A stretch of DNA of 64,000 nucleotides from Catajapyx aquilonaris (lineage: Eukaryota): positions 1-64,000 of the forward strand of contig JYFJ02000570.1 in the NCBI GenBank assembly GCA_000934665.2, written 5' to 3'. Both the position numbers and the translations under genes were made by a program. Shown here one piece after another: positions 39,960 to 52,032 of the stretch (position 1 is the stretch's first letter; every line of letters starts with the position of its first letter). The notes beneath the pieces were generated by a model. That model did not search any database and was not told the DNA's origin. It was given only the letters and a program-made list of their open reading frames with translations.

Positions 39960-42332
39960 CTAATGCAAAATATACCTTTGGCATACAGCAGCTAATAGCT
40001 TGGCTGCTGAAGCACCGGATGAGGCCGAGGCCACAATGGCATCGCAGACATCTTTGACATCCGCGTTGGGCGACAGTGGAAGCAGCTGGGGCAGGCGACC
40101 TCCGTCATTAGCGGCATGGTTGACCGCCGAGGCTGCATCCTTCAAACCCGGAAGTGTCTGATGGTGATGGTGGTGCCTAGGCGCCGGCGCCAGAGCATCG
40201 CACAGCAGGGCTTCTGCAGTACCGGCCTTGCACGCACTGTTGCAATCCGGAAATGGCGCCATTGCCTGGCGCCACAACTGGTGCAACAATTCCAGCCGGG
40301 CTTCACATGGCGCCGTGGCCGACACGGGGAAGCAGGAAGGGTAGGCGCCTGCAGGAGGAAGGGCCGCCTGGAGCCATGATGGCGCTGCAGCGGCGTGGAA
40401 TGGGTACCAAGATGGCGCCGGAGGTGGCGGTGGTGGAGGAGCAGGTACGGGCGGAGGAGGCAGCCCCTGGTGCGACTGGTGATGATGGTGGTGATGGTGA
40501 TGGTGGTAGTGGTGCTGCTGTTGCTGCTGGGGCTGCTGCCTCTCCTGGTGGTTGGCATCTGGTGCGGTAGGTGCAGGTGCCAGTTCGCATGGCAATGCAC
40601 GTCGAAGCTCGGCGACAAAGTCTCTGAGTCGAGTGCCAGGTTGGGCTAGGAGTAGAGGAACCTCCCTGGCCGGGTCTCGAACCAAGGAGTGGAGTCGACC
40701 TAACGATAGGACAAGGTAGTCCGGATCCTGCAGGACTCGAGGACAGGAGAGGACTTCTGGAAAGCGGAGTTCTCTGCGGGTCAAAAGGGCGGGCAGCTCC
40801 CTGGCCGGACAGGCCAAGAGGGCAGCTAAGCGTGATTTTGGTAGAATTAAAGGGTCAGGGACTTCCATGTCTGGTCTCGCGCACAATAGTCTCAACTGCA
40901 ACGATGGGTCACCCCAGTGCTGTGGGTGCTGCTGCTGCTGCTGCTGCTGCTCCTGTTGCTGGTGCTGTCGTGTCTGTTGCTGTTGTTGCTGTTGTTGCTG
41001 CTGTTGGTGGTGACGGTGCACGTGAAGGTGCTGCTGCTGTGCCAATAACGCCTTTAATCTACAAGAACCTGACGACGACACTCGTGGCCTCTTTGGTGGC
41101 GGTACCGGTTGAGATGTCGATGTCGAAGTTGCCGTCGACGTCGACGATACCGGCGGTTGTTTTCCTTCGTCACAGATGGCGCGGGAGGTCGATTCTGGCA
41201 GGCAAGGGCCATCACGAGTGGACAGATTCAGCGGAGAATCAGATCGATCTTCCAAAGGAACGGCAGCTACACGGATGGAGGCATGTACGGCCACCGTCGG
41301 CGAAGTTTTCGGTACCGGTACCGGTAAGGGGGCGGGTGGTGGCTCTTGCAAACGCGCCAGCAGCAGAGGCATTCGTTTGACCTCTTCGCTCTTGGTCGCA
41401 CTATCACTGACACTATCCTTATTTGCACCAGCACTCTCTTGTTCCTCCTCCTCCTCTTTACTCTTTTTGGCAAAGCACAAGTCTAGTGGCGCCAGTACTG
41501 GCTGAGCGTCCTCAGGACCTTCTGACTGTCGGTCCTCCTTATTACTATTGTCCTCATCATCACCTTCCTGAAACATTGCATCTGAATGGTGATCACTCCT
41601 CCTCCTCTTCCGTCTCCTCCTCCTCTCTTTGGTATGTACATCGTTGTCCCTGTCACTCACCGCACCCGACGTGTCGCTCTTCTCCCCTTCCTGCACCTGT
41701 CGTTGTCCCATAGTCCGACTAGTCCTGGGCACTGCCCTCCAACCCCCGGCGGCCGTCTTGGTCAGCCTGATCCTATTCCGGGGGTCATAATCCTCGCAGT
41801 ATACCTCGACGATGGTCATGTCTCTCTGGGTGGCCCACACAAACACAGGTGTCACCCTACAGTTATTGGGACGCCGATGGTGGTGATGGTGCCGGCCGTG
41901 ATGGTGATGATGCCGGTGGTGATGCCTTCTGGTTTCCCAATCGTCGGGCCTCAGCAGGTCGGCCTCTGATTCCTCCTCTTCGTCCGCGTCCCCGTCCTCC
42001 TCGTTGTCGTGCCGATGCTGAAGGTGTCGGTGTCGTCGCGGCGACTGGCTCATGACGGGATCAATGTCCTCCTGCGCTCCGTCCTCCCAGCAGCCCGACG
42101 GCCTCCTCTGCTGTTGCCTCTTCCTACTGGCACCGGCTGTACCCTGCTCGGCTGTGGATGGCACCAGCGATGCCGGTACCGCCCCGCAGCGGTTGAGCGC
42201 GGACAGTAGCGGTGCCGGTAGTGGCGCCAGCAACACCGAGCAACCTGGTGTACTGGCGCTGGTACTGGCGCCGGGGGTGTCCTCTGCTGGGAGTGGCTCT
42301 GGTCTGCTGTGTATGGCCGAGCCGCTGCTCAT
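39960..42332 (-). CDS. ORF C: 790-aa single large exon, His/Gln/Pro-rich, with PxDLS-like and LxxLL motifs; either a stand-alone gene or the 5' coding exon (42332-39976) of gene B
   Basis: 2.37-kb uninterrupted GC-rich ORF, good Kozak context (gcgccATGa), acceptor-like ccgtag| at 42363-42364 30 nt upstream in frame, potential phase-2 donor AAG|gtatat at 39976. Contains two non-low-complexity blocks (41721-41858, 40614-40910). Confidence 0.8.
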   Translation of the reverse strand: MSSGSAIHSRPEPLPAEDTPGASTSASTPGCSVLLAPLPAPLLSALNRCGAVPASLVPSTAEQGTAGASRKRQQQRRPSGCWEDGAQEDIDPVMSQSPRRHRHLQHRHDNEEDGDADEEEESEADLLRPDDWETRRHHHRHHHHHGRHHHHHRRPNNCRVTPVFVWATQRDMTIVEVYCEDYDPRNRIRLTKTAAGGWRAVPRTSRTMGQRQVQEGEKSDTSGAVSDRDNDVHTKERRRRRKRRRSDHHSDAMFQEGDDEDNSNKEDRQSEGPEDAQPVLAPLDLCFAKKSKEEEEEQESAGANKDSVSDSATKSEEVKRMPLLLARLQEPPPAPLPVPVPKTSPTVAVHASIRVAAVPLEDRSDSPLNLSTRDGPCLPESTSRAICDEGKQPPVSSTSTATSTSTSQPVPPPKRPRVSSSGSCRLKALLAQQQHLHVHRHHQQQQQQQQQQQTRQHQQQEQQQQQQQHPQHWGDPSLQLRLLCARPDMEVPDPLILPKSRLAALLACPARELPALLTRRELRFPEVLSCPRVLQDPDYLVLSLGRLHSLVRDPAREVPLLLAQPGTRLRDFVAELRRALPCELAPAPTAPDANHQERQQPQQQQQHHYHHHHHHHHHQSHQGLPPPPVPAPPPPPPPAPSWYPFHAAAAPSWLQAALPPAGAYPSCFPVSATAPCEARLELLHQLWRQAMAPFPDCNSACKAGTAEALLCDALAPAPRHHHHHQTLPGLKDAASAVNHAANDGGRLPQLLPLSPNADVKDVCDAIVASASSGASAAKLLAAVCQRYILH

Positions 42333-45300
42333 GGCGCAGCGGCGGCCCGAGCGCGACTGAGCCTACGGACTAAAGAGGGGGTACGGTGGGGCAGGGGCGC
42401 TAAAGTAGTGGGGTGGGGCACGGGGCGGCGGGAGGGGGTGGTGGGGTATGCGCGCCACGGCCCAGTTCCAGGTCGGCAGCGGGAATCGAAGCGGTGTTTC
42501 TGCCAAGGCCGAGGGGGGGGCCTTTCGGGGTTTGAACCCAGGACGCATTGCCTTACTTCCACATTGCACGGTGACACCTGGCCATACCTGTAATGAGAAG
42601 GCGGGTTACATAATTTATTATGAAACGTCCTTGCAGTGCCCTGATAGACATCAAAGACAGGTTGTGGCATGCAATCGAGGAAATTTTTTATTATGGTTGT
42701 ATTTCCGGCTGATTAATTTTGATCGACCAGACGGTTGATGAATTAGTAATTAAATGCACATTTGCAGCATACAGTGAAGCAGGTGTCGAATTCGTGGTGC
42801 ATGTTACTTGAGAAGTGACTGCGGAAACCCGTCCGGTTATGTGACACAATGAAGCAATGATAATTGCTGATGCCATGATTTGGCATGTCAAACTAAGCAC
42901 AATTATATGCCAAGTAACTTCCTCTAAGTACAACTTGCCTCGCATTTCCTGATGGTTGTTGCAGTTGAAACGAAGGATTCGAATGCAAACAATGCTCCCA
43001 CAACTTACAACACAAAAACAAACGAAATACAAACGATAAATCCCTATAAAAGGGTTGTACAGTAAACCCAAGTCGAATATTTAAAATGTTTGAAATATGG
43101 GCCACATATACGTGACATACGTAAATTGCAACTTATGAGTTATGAATCGAAAGCAAACTTCGCAAACCTAACCAGATATGCTCTATCATTTTAAATTGTT
43201 CATGTGCATTTAATTTGATTCCCATCTAAAATTTAAATCCGTTTCAGGCTTACCAGGTTTCATGTGCACTAGGTGTCACGGTCGTGGTATGTGGATGACG
43301 ATACCAATATTACGACCTTGGCCCCGCCTTTGGCTTCCGAGATGAAAACATGTGGTTGATGTGGGGATTGGGTGGTTGGAAAGTGGGCTGGGGAAGAGGA
43401 GGATCGTCTAATGGTGGTGGAGGGGGTTGTTGTGGGAGATGAGATAGAATAGACTTGGGAAAAGTTCCGCCGCAGTGACTCTTCTTCAGCGAAGGTGACC
43501 CCTTCCAGCTTAGGTTCAACGTGCCTACCCTCCACTTCCGATGCACAGACACTGGCGTTACTCTCATCAAAAATGGCAACGTCACTTCAATTGCAACTAC
43601 CAATATGCAAATCGATTCTAGCACCTCCTGTCCGCCCCTGACTTTGCACAGCAATCGATGACAAATGGAAACAACTGGGAGGTACGCTTGTGTAATACCC
43701 CGAGCACAATAAATCCGGCGTGCATCGGCAGATATACGCATGTCCAGTACGTGGTCTAGGGCACGTGTCCCCAGCTGGTGGGCCCTTTTTGTGACGTCAC
43801 ATACTGATATTTCCAAAATCAGCCTATCATCTGAACTATGACCTTTTTAGATTAAACATATTTTTGACATGATTAGAATAGCAGGCAGGCTGCTGGACCC
43901 ATTTCTGGATGCTGCACTTGTTTACATTGCGGGCCATCGGACGGCTTATCGCCCTCTAGAGATGGCAATGCCCACCCCCTTAGTTTTTCTTTCCACTTTT
44001 TTGGCAATACCCCCATCCCCCCTCTTCCCAGGCCCACCCGAAAATCCCGGAGAGCCCTGGCTGCTTTTCCTCCACTCCAGCAGCACTTATTGATCTTGGT
44101 CCCACCCAGCAGTGTTGCCAGCTGGATGGGACCAAAGTGGAAGATGAGGATGTCTTTTGGTCAATAGTACACCTGGTTGACTCCATACTATTCAGATATG
44201 CATATAAATCGTACATAACTTGTGCACGTGTAAATATTCCAAGGACATCTTTTCTTTTCATGATCCTAACATTCGATTCGGTGTATGGTATTGTTGAGAA
44301 ATAAGCGTGGAATATTGCGTTGCCTTCTGTGACACAACTTGGAGGCCAAAAAAGTGACACCCATTGTGGTATCTTCCTGCCTGAGTCTATCATATACGAT
44401 TGTGTGCCTGAATATGTAATGCAAATTTCCCATCTGGATAAGGCCACATGCGATGACTTTGTGACTGCAAAAACTGGCAACATCTACTCTATTTCCTTTT
44501 TTTAAAATGAAAGAAAGAGGATTGGGGGGGGGGGGGGGTCCCGGAAATAACGGATATTGGAAGTTGCCATAATGGAGTTTGCTCTGAATCAAACTTAGTC
44601 TCCAAAAACAACAGGAAATGATTGTTCCTATTCCCATGTGGATCTGTGTCTGCTATTGTGCGCAATGCTATAAATTAATTTTGTAGCATTCGCAGCAGCG
44701 TCAGGGGTAAGCCAGAAAGGTTATTGCCCCCCTATACCAGGCTTCCCGCAACACAGCGGAAACGGTCCTTTACATTTTGCACATATTTTCGAATTTAAAA
44801 TACAAGAATATGAATCCAAAAACCGTTTGTCACTATCTCCTGCGGTTTAGGCGCTGATACATGTCCACAGACAGACAGACAATTTCGATGAGAAAAATTA
44901 TTTCGTACGGGCTATATTGAACATTCCTGCTCCTTCTGCAATATTGCGATTTGGTGTGAGAAATGCATATTTTGTGCTTCTTTTTCATCCCCACGGTCGT
45001 CACCCTGCTTTCCGCTTCCAGAAGCCTCCGAAGAAGCTGCATCCTTCTTTCCCTCTGGACCAGTTGTCCCTTTTCATGGCCTTTGCTTCATTGCCCCCCG
45101 GAGTCCGGATTATCGCTTCCTATTGGCCGATTTTTCATCCCTGGCTTTTCATCAGCTGGCAATCCTATGGGAATCGAAACCGCACCCATAAAAAAAAACT
45201 GTCCTATACAGTAGGGTGGGTCCGATCTATAAAAAGGGGGGATATAGTGTCCACCCTCCTAATCCAATTACTAATCGGTTAGTACACAGTGTTGGCCACG

Positions 45301-48300
45301 TGCCGGCTCGTGTTGCCCCATGGTTGGGTGCCCGGACCTGTGACGTCACTGGTATGTTGGCATTCTTCGATAGGCCCCATGTCACAAACTGACGTGACCT
45401 TCATTTTCCTGCAATCTCAAATTCGTTCAACCATAGATATTTTATGAGGACGCAGCTATTTTTGCGACCTCAGCAGTGCTTCAAAGCAAATCAACCTGTA
45501 CAGGACTAATGAATAAATAATAGCTACACGTAGTTGAATGGGAACATAACCAGCTGTGTTCTTGTAGGCAATCAAACCACATTTTTGGGTTAATATTTAA
45601 TACGATGGAAGCCGACACGAATGGCGATATTCACACGGCGATAATGTGACATAAATGTCCTGTACAGTCTATACCTGTCCATGACCCTGACCCATACCTA
45701 ACCCAAAGAAGACAATGTCCTACCTAGCAGATTGATATTTCACTAATATATTTATATTTAAAATTATTATATATAATAGCTATACAGAATATAATAGCTA
45801 TTTATATTATAATAATATAATAATAGTTAGAGCATCCTCAGCAAGACTTGTGCCCTTCTTGGTCTGTCTTGCATGACCTCGGAATCCCAAGATTTGTAGT
45901 CCCCAAAAAGCTAGGAGTTATACTTAGCTTGTCTGGGATGGCCAATCCCTTAGCGAAGGCCTGCTGTGGGGGGAAATTAGTGCTTTTAATTAAATCGTTC
46001 GGTTGCCTTGGGGACATGAGTTTGGCACTTAAAAATAAATCTCGTCCAGAAAGATCCGGGAGAAGAAAAAATAGGATCGATAACAATGTTTGCTGGGTGT
46101 GAAGAGGTGGGGGAGGGGGGGGGGGGAGCCAAGGAAAATAACAAGTCAAGGACGTTAATAGGGAGAGATGATTAATAAGAATTATGATACACGTCTGAAA
46201 TGTGTGTTCGGCTATTAAAAATTGTGAAATATGCAGCTGCATTTTTTACCAACTGGTAAAAATTTTAATGGCCATATCACACATAAATTGGCGCCATATG
46301 TATGACAATGGTGTTTCGTTACGTTATCCACATCACAATGTTGAATTACGGCCTACCCATGCGTATACCTACGAGAAACTGTACGTCACTATTACTACGC
46401 ACCGTACGGAAATTGAACCGCAGGTATACCAACCCACAAAAAACCTCCGATATATATTTTAAGCTTCTCCTTTTTGTAGCCGTCCTAGATCCGCATACAT
46501 TGGCAATCCTGCCACATTGCAAAGTGAGAGATCGATGATGCTACCATTTTCTCCATGGTATCCATGGTAACCATGACGTAAGCAGGCACAGGGTGGCAGT
46601 GGAATGGAGGAGGTCACCCCCCAGAAGGTCGTTACAGATTGCCATTTTTCATAACCCAAGCTGACAACCTCCACCATAATTTTAATCCGGATGTCTAACC
46701 TATACAGAACATGTAACTTCCTATAGTATCCATGAATATGATAATCCACAGCTGGTAATGCCAGTTGCTATGGTTTATGTATAGGTTGGTATCATTGCGT
46801 CTGCGCATCTAGGGGACCATCCGATTGAAGCAATTTGGGAAGAGTAGATCGATAGAGAGAAGGGTGGTCATAAAAAAGGATAGGGTAGATACAGGAATGT
46901 GCCAAAAAAGTAGGACCACCCTATATATATATTTTTTGGGAGAAATTGTACTTCTGAGGTCATTCTAGAGATTGGTCATTCTAGCCAGGTCATTCCAAAG
47001 AGTTGTCGATAGCTGGGTTCCTACACACTGGGGGATGGGTGTCCATGGCAACGGTAGGGGTTGGAGGTGTAAAAAGTGTGCAAAAAAGAGCAAAAGCACG
47101 TGGACTTTCCATTTCACCCACACGTGACCAATGGGGTGTAGGGGAGGAGGGGGACATATACATACACTTCCGGTAGGCAGAATCCTCCCCTATGTGTCCC
47201 AGGGCAACTAATTTGGTGGAAAAGGGGGTGCTCCCTGGGGGGCCTTTGTGCAACCCCCCCTCACTGACTTCCAATTGTGGGAGTACCNTCAGGACAGCAG
47301 TGCAATTAAGATGGAAAGGGGTGGGGGGTGGGGGGTGGGGGAGGGATAAATAAGTGCTGCCTTCTGTTTTGCAGGGTGGGACATGATTTGATACACGGAG
47401 GACTCGAAATGGTGTTAGGGTCATATTAAGAGTAGGGTAGGGTCGTGGAATTGGGTCGATCAGCACTTTTTTTTCTATCTGAAGGGTTGGGTGCGCCCTG
47501 GGCATGGCTTGAGGTGCCTTAATATTGGAAAAATAATTGCACTCTCGGAATGACGGAATCCTGGATAAATTGGACTTATTTTAATGGGAATTTCTATGGG
47601 GAGAGGGGGATATCAGAACGTTGCCAAATTTGCCTGCTAAACTTAGGCAAGTTAATAATAATAATAATAATGAAAATAATAATAATATCATTAAATGCGA
47701 TATGGCAAGAACCGAACTAATTTACACTTAACTTAATTACAGGATAGGACCGTTTACATGAGGATCAAGGGAGTAATTTTGATGAGATCACATGGGGCTG
47801 GTCCCTTGGTTACAATGTCTAGCTAAATAAGGCGTAACTCCTCCTGTTAATGAATTTCCGCATAGTAAACCCCCCCAATACCAAGATGGGGGGGTTTGCT
47901 GAGCATGCAGTGCTGACACAGGGGAGGTCTCCCCAGCCTCCTAAGGGACTTCTTATCGCCTCGTCAGACTGATTTGCGAGTAGAAGCATACAAGTTGCCT
48001 CGCCTTGTTAGCGCCTGATTCTCCTTCATGGTGCTAATCAGTTTGAAACAAGGTGTGTGCATAATGGGAAGGGGTGAGAAAAGGTGGTGGTGCTGGAGGA
48101 AGTTTCTTAAACATACCTTTCTTGGAGGTAAACGTGCCATTGACTCCAGCATGCATGTTTATGAGTTTGGTTCAACCAAGGTTATAGGGTATGTTCTTGC
48201 AACGAGGACTAGTCATAATTATGTTAAATATACTATGTGCAGCAGTAGAGATTAATATGTGCACATTCTGATGCATGTATGAACACTCCATAAGTTTGCA

Positions 48301-51300
48301 GATTTGAAGCATTATTTTTGAACCTTTTAACCAGTGGCGGGGAATATTGCTTTGGAAATGCTATATTCTTATGAGTCATTGCATTAACAATAATTTATAT
48401 TACTTCTGTACACATATCGGTATAAACTTGCGTCACGGACCGAGTTTTTCCCTTGATTTTATTGTCGTCATTACAGTTGATTTTGCAATCCTCTTTATCA
48501 CAATGGTAATTGCCCTGTCTCGACCTTGAGATTTTAATATAATTTCTGCTTTAGCACGAAAATACTGTACAATTGTCTTTGTTACTCTAGGCTCTGTTTT
48601 ATAGACTGCCATAGCCACACAACTAAGCTTTTGATATTCTTATAATACGCCTATTTTCAAGCCTTATCGGTTGGTGTAGTGACGTCGCAGTTTTAACTTT
48701 CCAATTAATCAGTACACAAGAGATTACGCCGGAATTAACGAATACAGTAATTGCACGCAGGTGTTACACCAGCAGTACATCGACCGATAAACGAAAATGA
48801 CTACTGGCTCAGTGTTCGTGAGCAAGCCTACTAAAATCGGATTTAAGTATTTTGTAACAAGAAATTGTGTGATTGCCAAGAAAACAACTTTTTTAAATTG
48901 ATTTTATAGAACAAGTTAACCAACATGTGGCAACACTGCATATCGCTTGGGAATATGCAATCCAACTAAAAGTAAAGCGCACATGCAGCATGAGGTCACC
49001 ATACAATAGGCTACCACGCACATGACATTTTATGTCAGCGTCGTATTTACAAAATAAAATCATTAAATTCAATTGATTTTCAAAACAATGATCCTCAATT
49101 TTGACATGCATTGATCAGTGTGACAGGCACCGTCCTCGAGTATACAATTCGCCAACATTATATTTTTTCCAATAAGCTGTGCATACCGAACGTGCGTAAA
49201 CACTTCCCACGTGTCTTAAGTGACATCTCATGCAATTATCTGCCAGCAGGATGCAAACACGCCCCCTGGGATTTAATATCCGCTTTCATACAACATAGCA
49301 GGGTCGGGAACATGGTTGGGAAAGTTGATATACAATAACAGAATCAGTTACCAGAATTCAATAGCATTTGACGTAGCAAAAGTACCATTACGACATTAAT
49401 GCACCTCGGTCTCCATAAATAATCAATCTAAATGAGGAGAAAATGTGAACACGCTGTGCTATTGTGGTAAGGTGAAAGGTTCGTGATTTTTCAGTGTTAA
49501 ATGTGGTGACAAGGCTCCTCCTTTCCTCCCCCCGCCAATTAGAGGGGTGCAAGACACCATTCCCCACAAGTGATGAATGGCGTTGGCAATGACTCTATGT
49601 TCAAGATAATGGGCTGCTCTGTCCCCGAGAAGAGGCGGATATTGCTAGAGGAAGTAACGTCCATTGCCTCGACAAATCAGTCTAACGATCGAGTCAAGAA
49701 TAGGGCGATATTTAGGAACCGAAACGACGACTGTGGTCTAAGAATAGTGACAACCGTTCGAAACCTCTAGATGGCGTTGGTGAGAGGGGGACTTTAGGGG
49801 ACATGTGCCCTGTGGGAGAGGCTACTTGGTTTGTGTTGGTCTTTGGAGGAGGGTAGCTGGAATTAATTTGTTGATTACAACCCGTATGTTACATACATTA
49901 ACCTTACGACCCCGAGTAACCATTTTAGACAATTCTTTACAGTATGTAGTGAACCTGATGGGTTCTAAAATTTGTTCCAAAAATGGCCAACGGGGCCCTT
50001 CCCTCGACATTTTCCTTTTCGATCGGTTGCCGGGCTCGTTAGGAAGCCAAGTGGCGCATTAGACATGGGTGTGGTTGATGGAGAGGGGGTGGTAGAGAGT
50101 GGGGTGGTTGAGGGTTGGATGGGAAAAGGGTCTGTGCATACAAGGGGGGGAATATGTGAAGGGGAGCCCCCCTTCTGGCTTTTTGGGTGCCCTTCCCATG
50201 GGGTTTCCCCCCTTCTACAACCCTCGGTCATCTCGCCACAAATTGCATAACCTGCTTCGGTATGGCAGCTCGCATTGTTCCAAACTGCATTGGTATGCAG
50301 CTGCTGGCTCTCGCCATTTTGAAAATCAGCAAATCGTCAATGTCGCTATTCTTGAACCTGACCTTACACGGTACATATACCGGTACTTTCTTTCAGCTGC
50401 AAGACAAGTTTTTGTGAATGGATAATAATTTTGAATGTGTACAGGCAAAGCTAAATTAATCTACCATAGGTCCACTGCTATGTAACCATTAGCTAATTTC
50501 ACATGATAAATTTTACTGGAACACTTTCTGTGTTTCAGCAAAATTATTATAATTGCTCCATCGTCTGTAACTTAATGTCTACAAGAATGTTACCAGTCTC
50601 CTTGTTTCATGCCATAACAAACAGCAACTTTAACATTGGAATCACTTTACTTCTTCGAGCGTATAACACGAGTTGATGAGCTTAACAAAATGTTTCCATT
50701 TGAGCCAGTAGCAGCCGCCATTTTGAACCTTTCCATCGACCGGATCCATGTAATCCGGTAGAAAGTTCAAAATTCTCAGACTCATTGCTTGATCCAATAA
50801 GCGAGACTTTCAGGAACAAAAGACGGCAACAAAATGAACGATTGAATGATCCTAAAGAAGTTAGGAAGTGGAAGATGTGTTAAGTTCATCGCTCCGGAAA
50901 AGGTCATCGAACTTTGGTATGCATATGCAATGGGAAGGGATATGAGAATAGTAGGGGAAGCTTTTGAGAAGAGTACCCCCCTGCTGAGACTCAAAATGGC
51001 CTCCTTTGCTATTGTTGCATTGGCCGCGGTTCCGCCCCAATGCCCTCTCGATGGGAGGCCAGTTACTTTTTTTTTTTTTTTTAACCTTCTGTAGATCAGT
51101 AGTTAGGTTGGTACCACTGTGGATCGAGTTAATTCCTCTTTGTCCCCAACACCCCTCTCCCCATCACCATCGAAATCTCCCCTTCCGCCCACACTATATG
51201 CCGACTCAATCGGCTCTGGCGATGATTGGCAGCTACACAAGTGGAAAAAGGGGGGGTTGCTAGAGGGGGTTGTCCGGAGGTCTATGACCCCCCCTCTTCA

Positions 51301-52032
51301 CATGCCACCCTCGTCTGGACCAAAAGATGACGATGCTCAACAGCAAACGGAATGCGCATAGTCAAACTAGAAGTTATGTCCACACCTGCTGCTACCGTAC
51401 AGCATGGGTCGGATCTACAAATGAAAGGGGGTTCTCACCAGTTGGTTATGCCGAATCACGGTTGCCATCATGAAAAGACCGGTGTAACCATCCGCCCGCC
51501 GAAGTATGTTTCGCCGGGACAAACTTCATTACGATTGGTGACACCTGCAACTCGGCGAAACTCAATTCGGCCGAACTGACCCCGCGGTCCTTACCCTGTT
51601 ATCAAAAAAAAATTAATCATCCAAATCATCATCATTACAATATATTATTATCATCAAGTACTTTTTACAAACAACCATGGCTCTGCCATTACTTAACACA
51701 TCTTCAGTGGGATCTGGCCCACAAAAAAATTAACAAAAAAGGCGCCTAAAAAATAATTGTGGGAGGGGCTGGAGGGGTTTTTGCGGACCACGAAAAAGGG
51801 TCGTCGGCTGGTGCTCGGCGTGACCATCGCAGCAGGTGCATGACGGGAACGAATGGGTCGCTGACAAAAGACGAGCGATTGGCAGCGTAGCTCTTGGAGG
51901 TATGGATAAATGAGTAAGGTTTTTTTTATATATTTGAGAGAGGTTCCCCCCCCACCCATGTACCTGCTGATACACCGTTGCCGCTCTTCCATTTTTAAAA
52001 AAGGTCTAATAAATACTGGTGGAAGAAGAGGG

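Noticed and set aside
42480..42570. B-box-like GGTTCAAACC suggesting a tRNA or SINE
   Set aside because: No A box, cloverleaf or terminator could be built.
30527..45333. Identical 15-mer catggttgggtgccc at 30527-30541 (minus) and 45319-45333 (plus)
   Set aside because: A few 15-mer matches are expected by chance in 64 kb, and the match does not extend.
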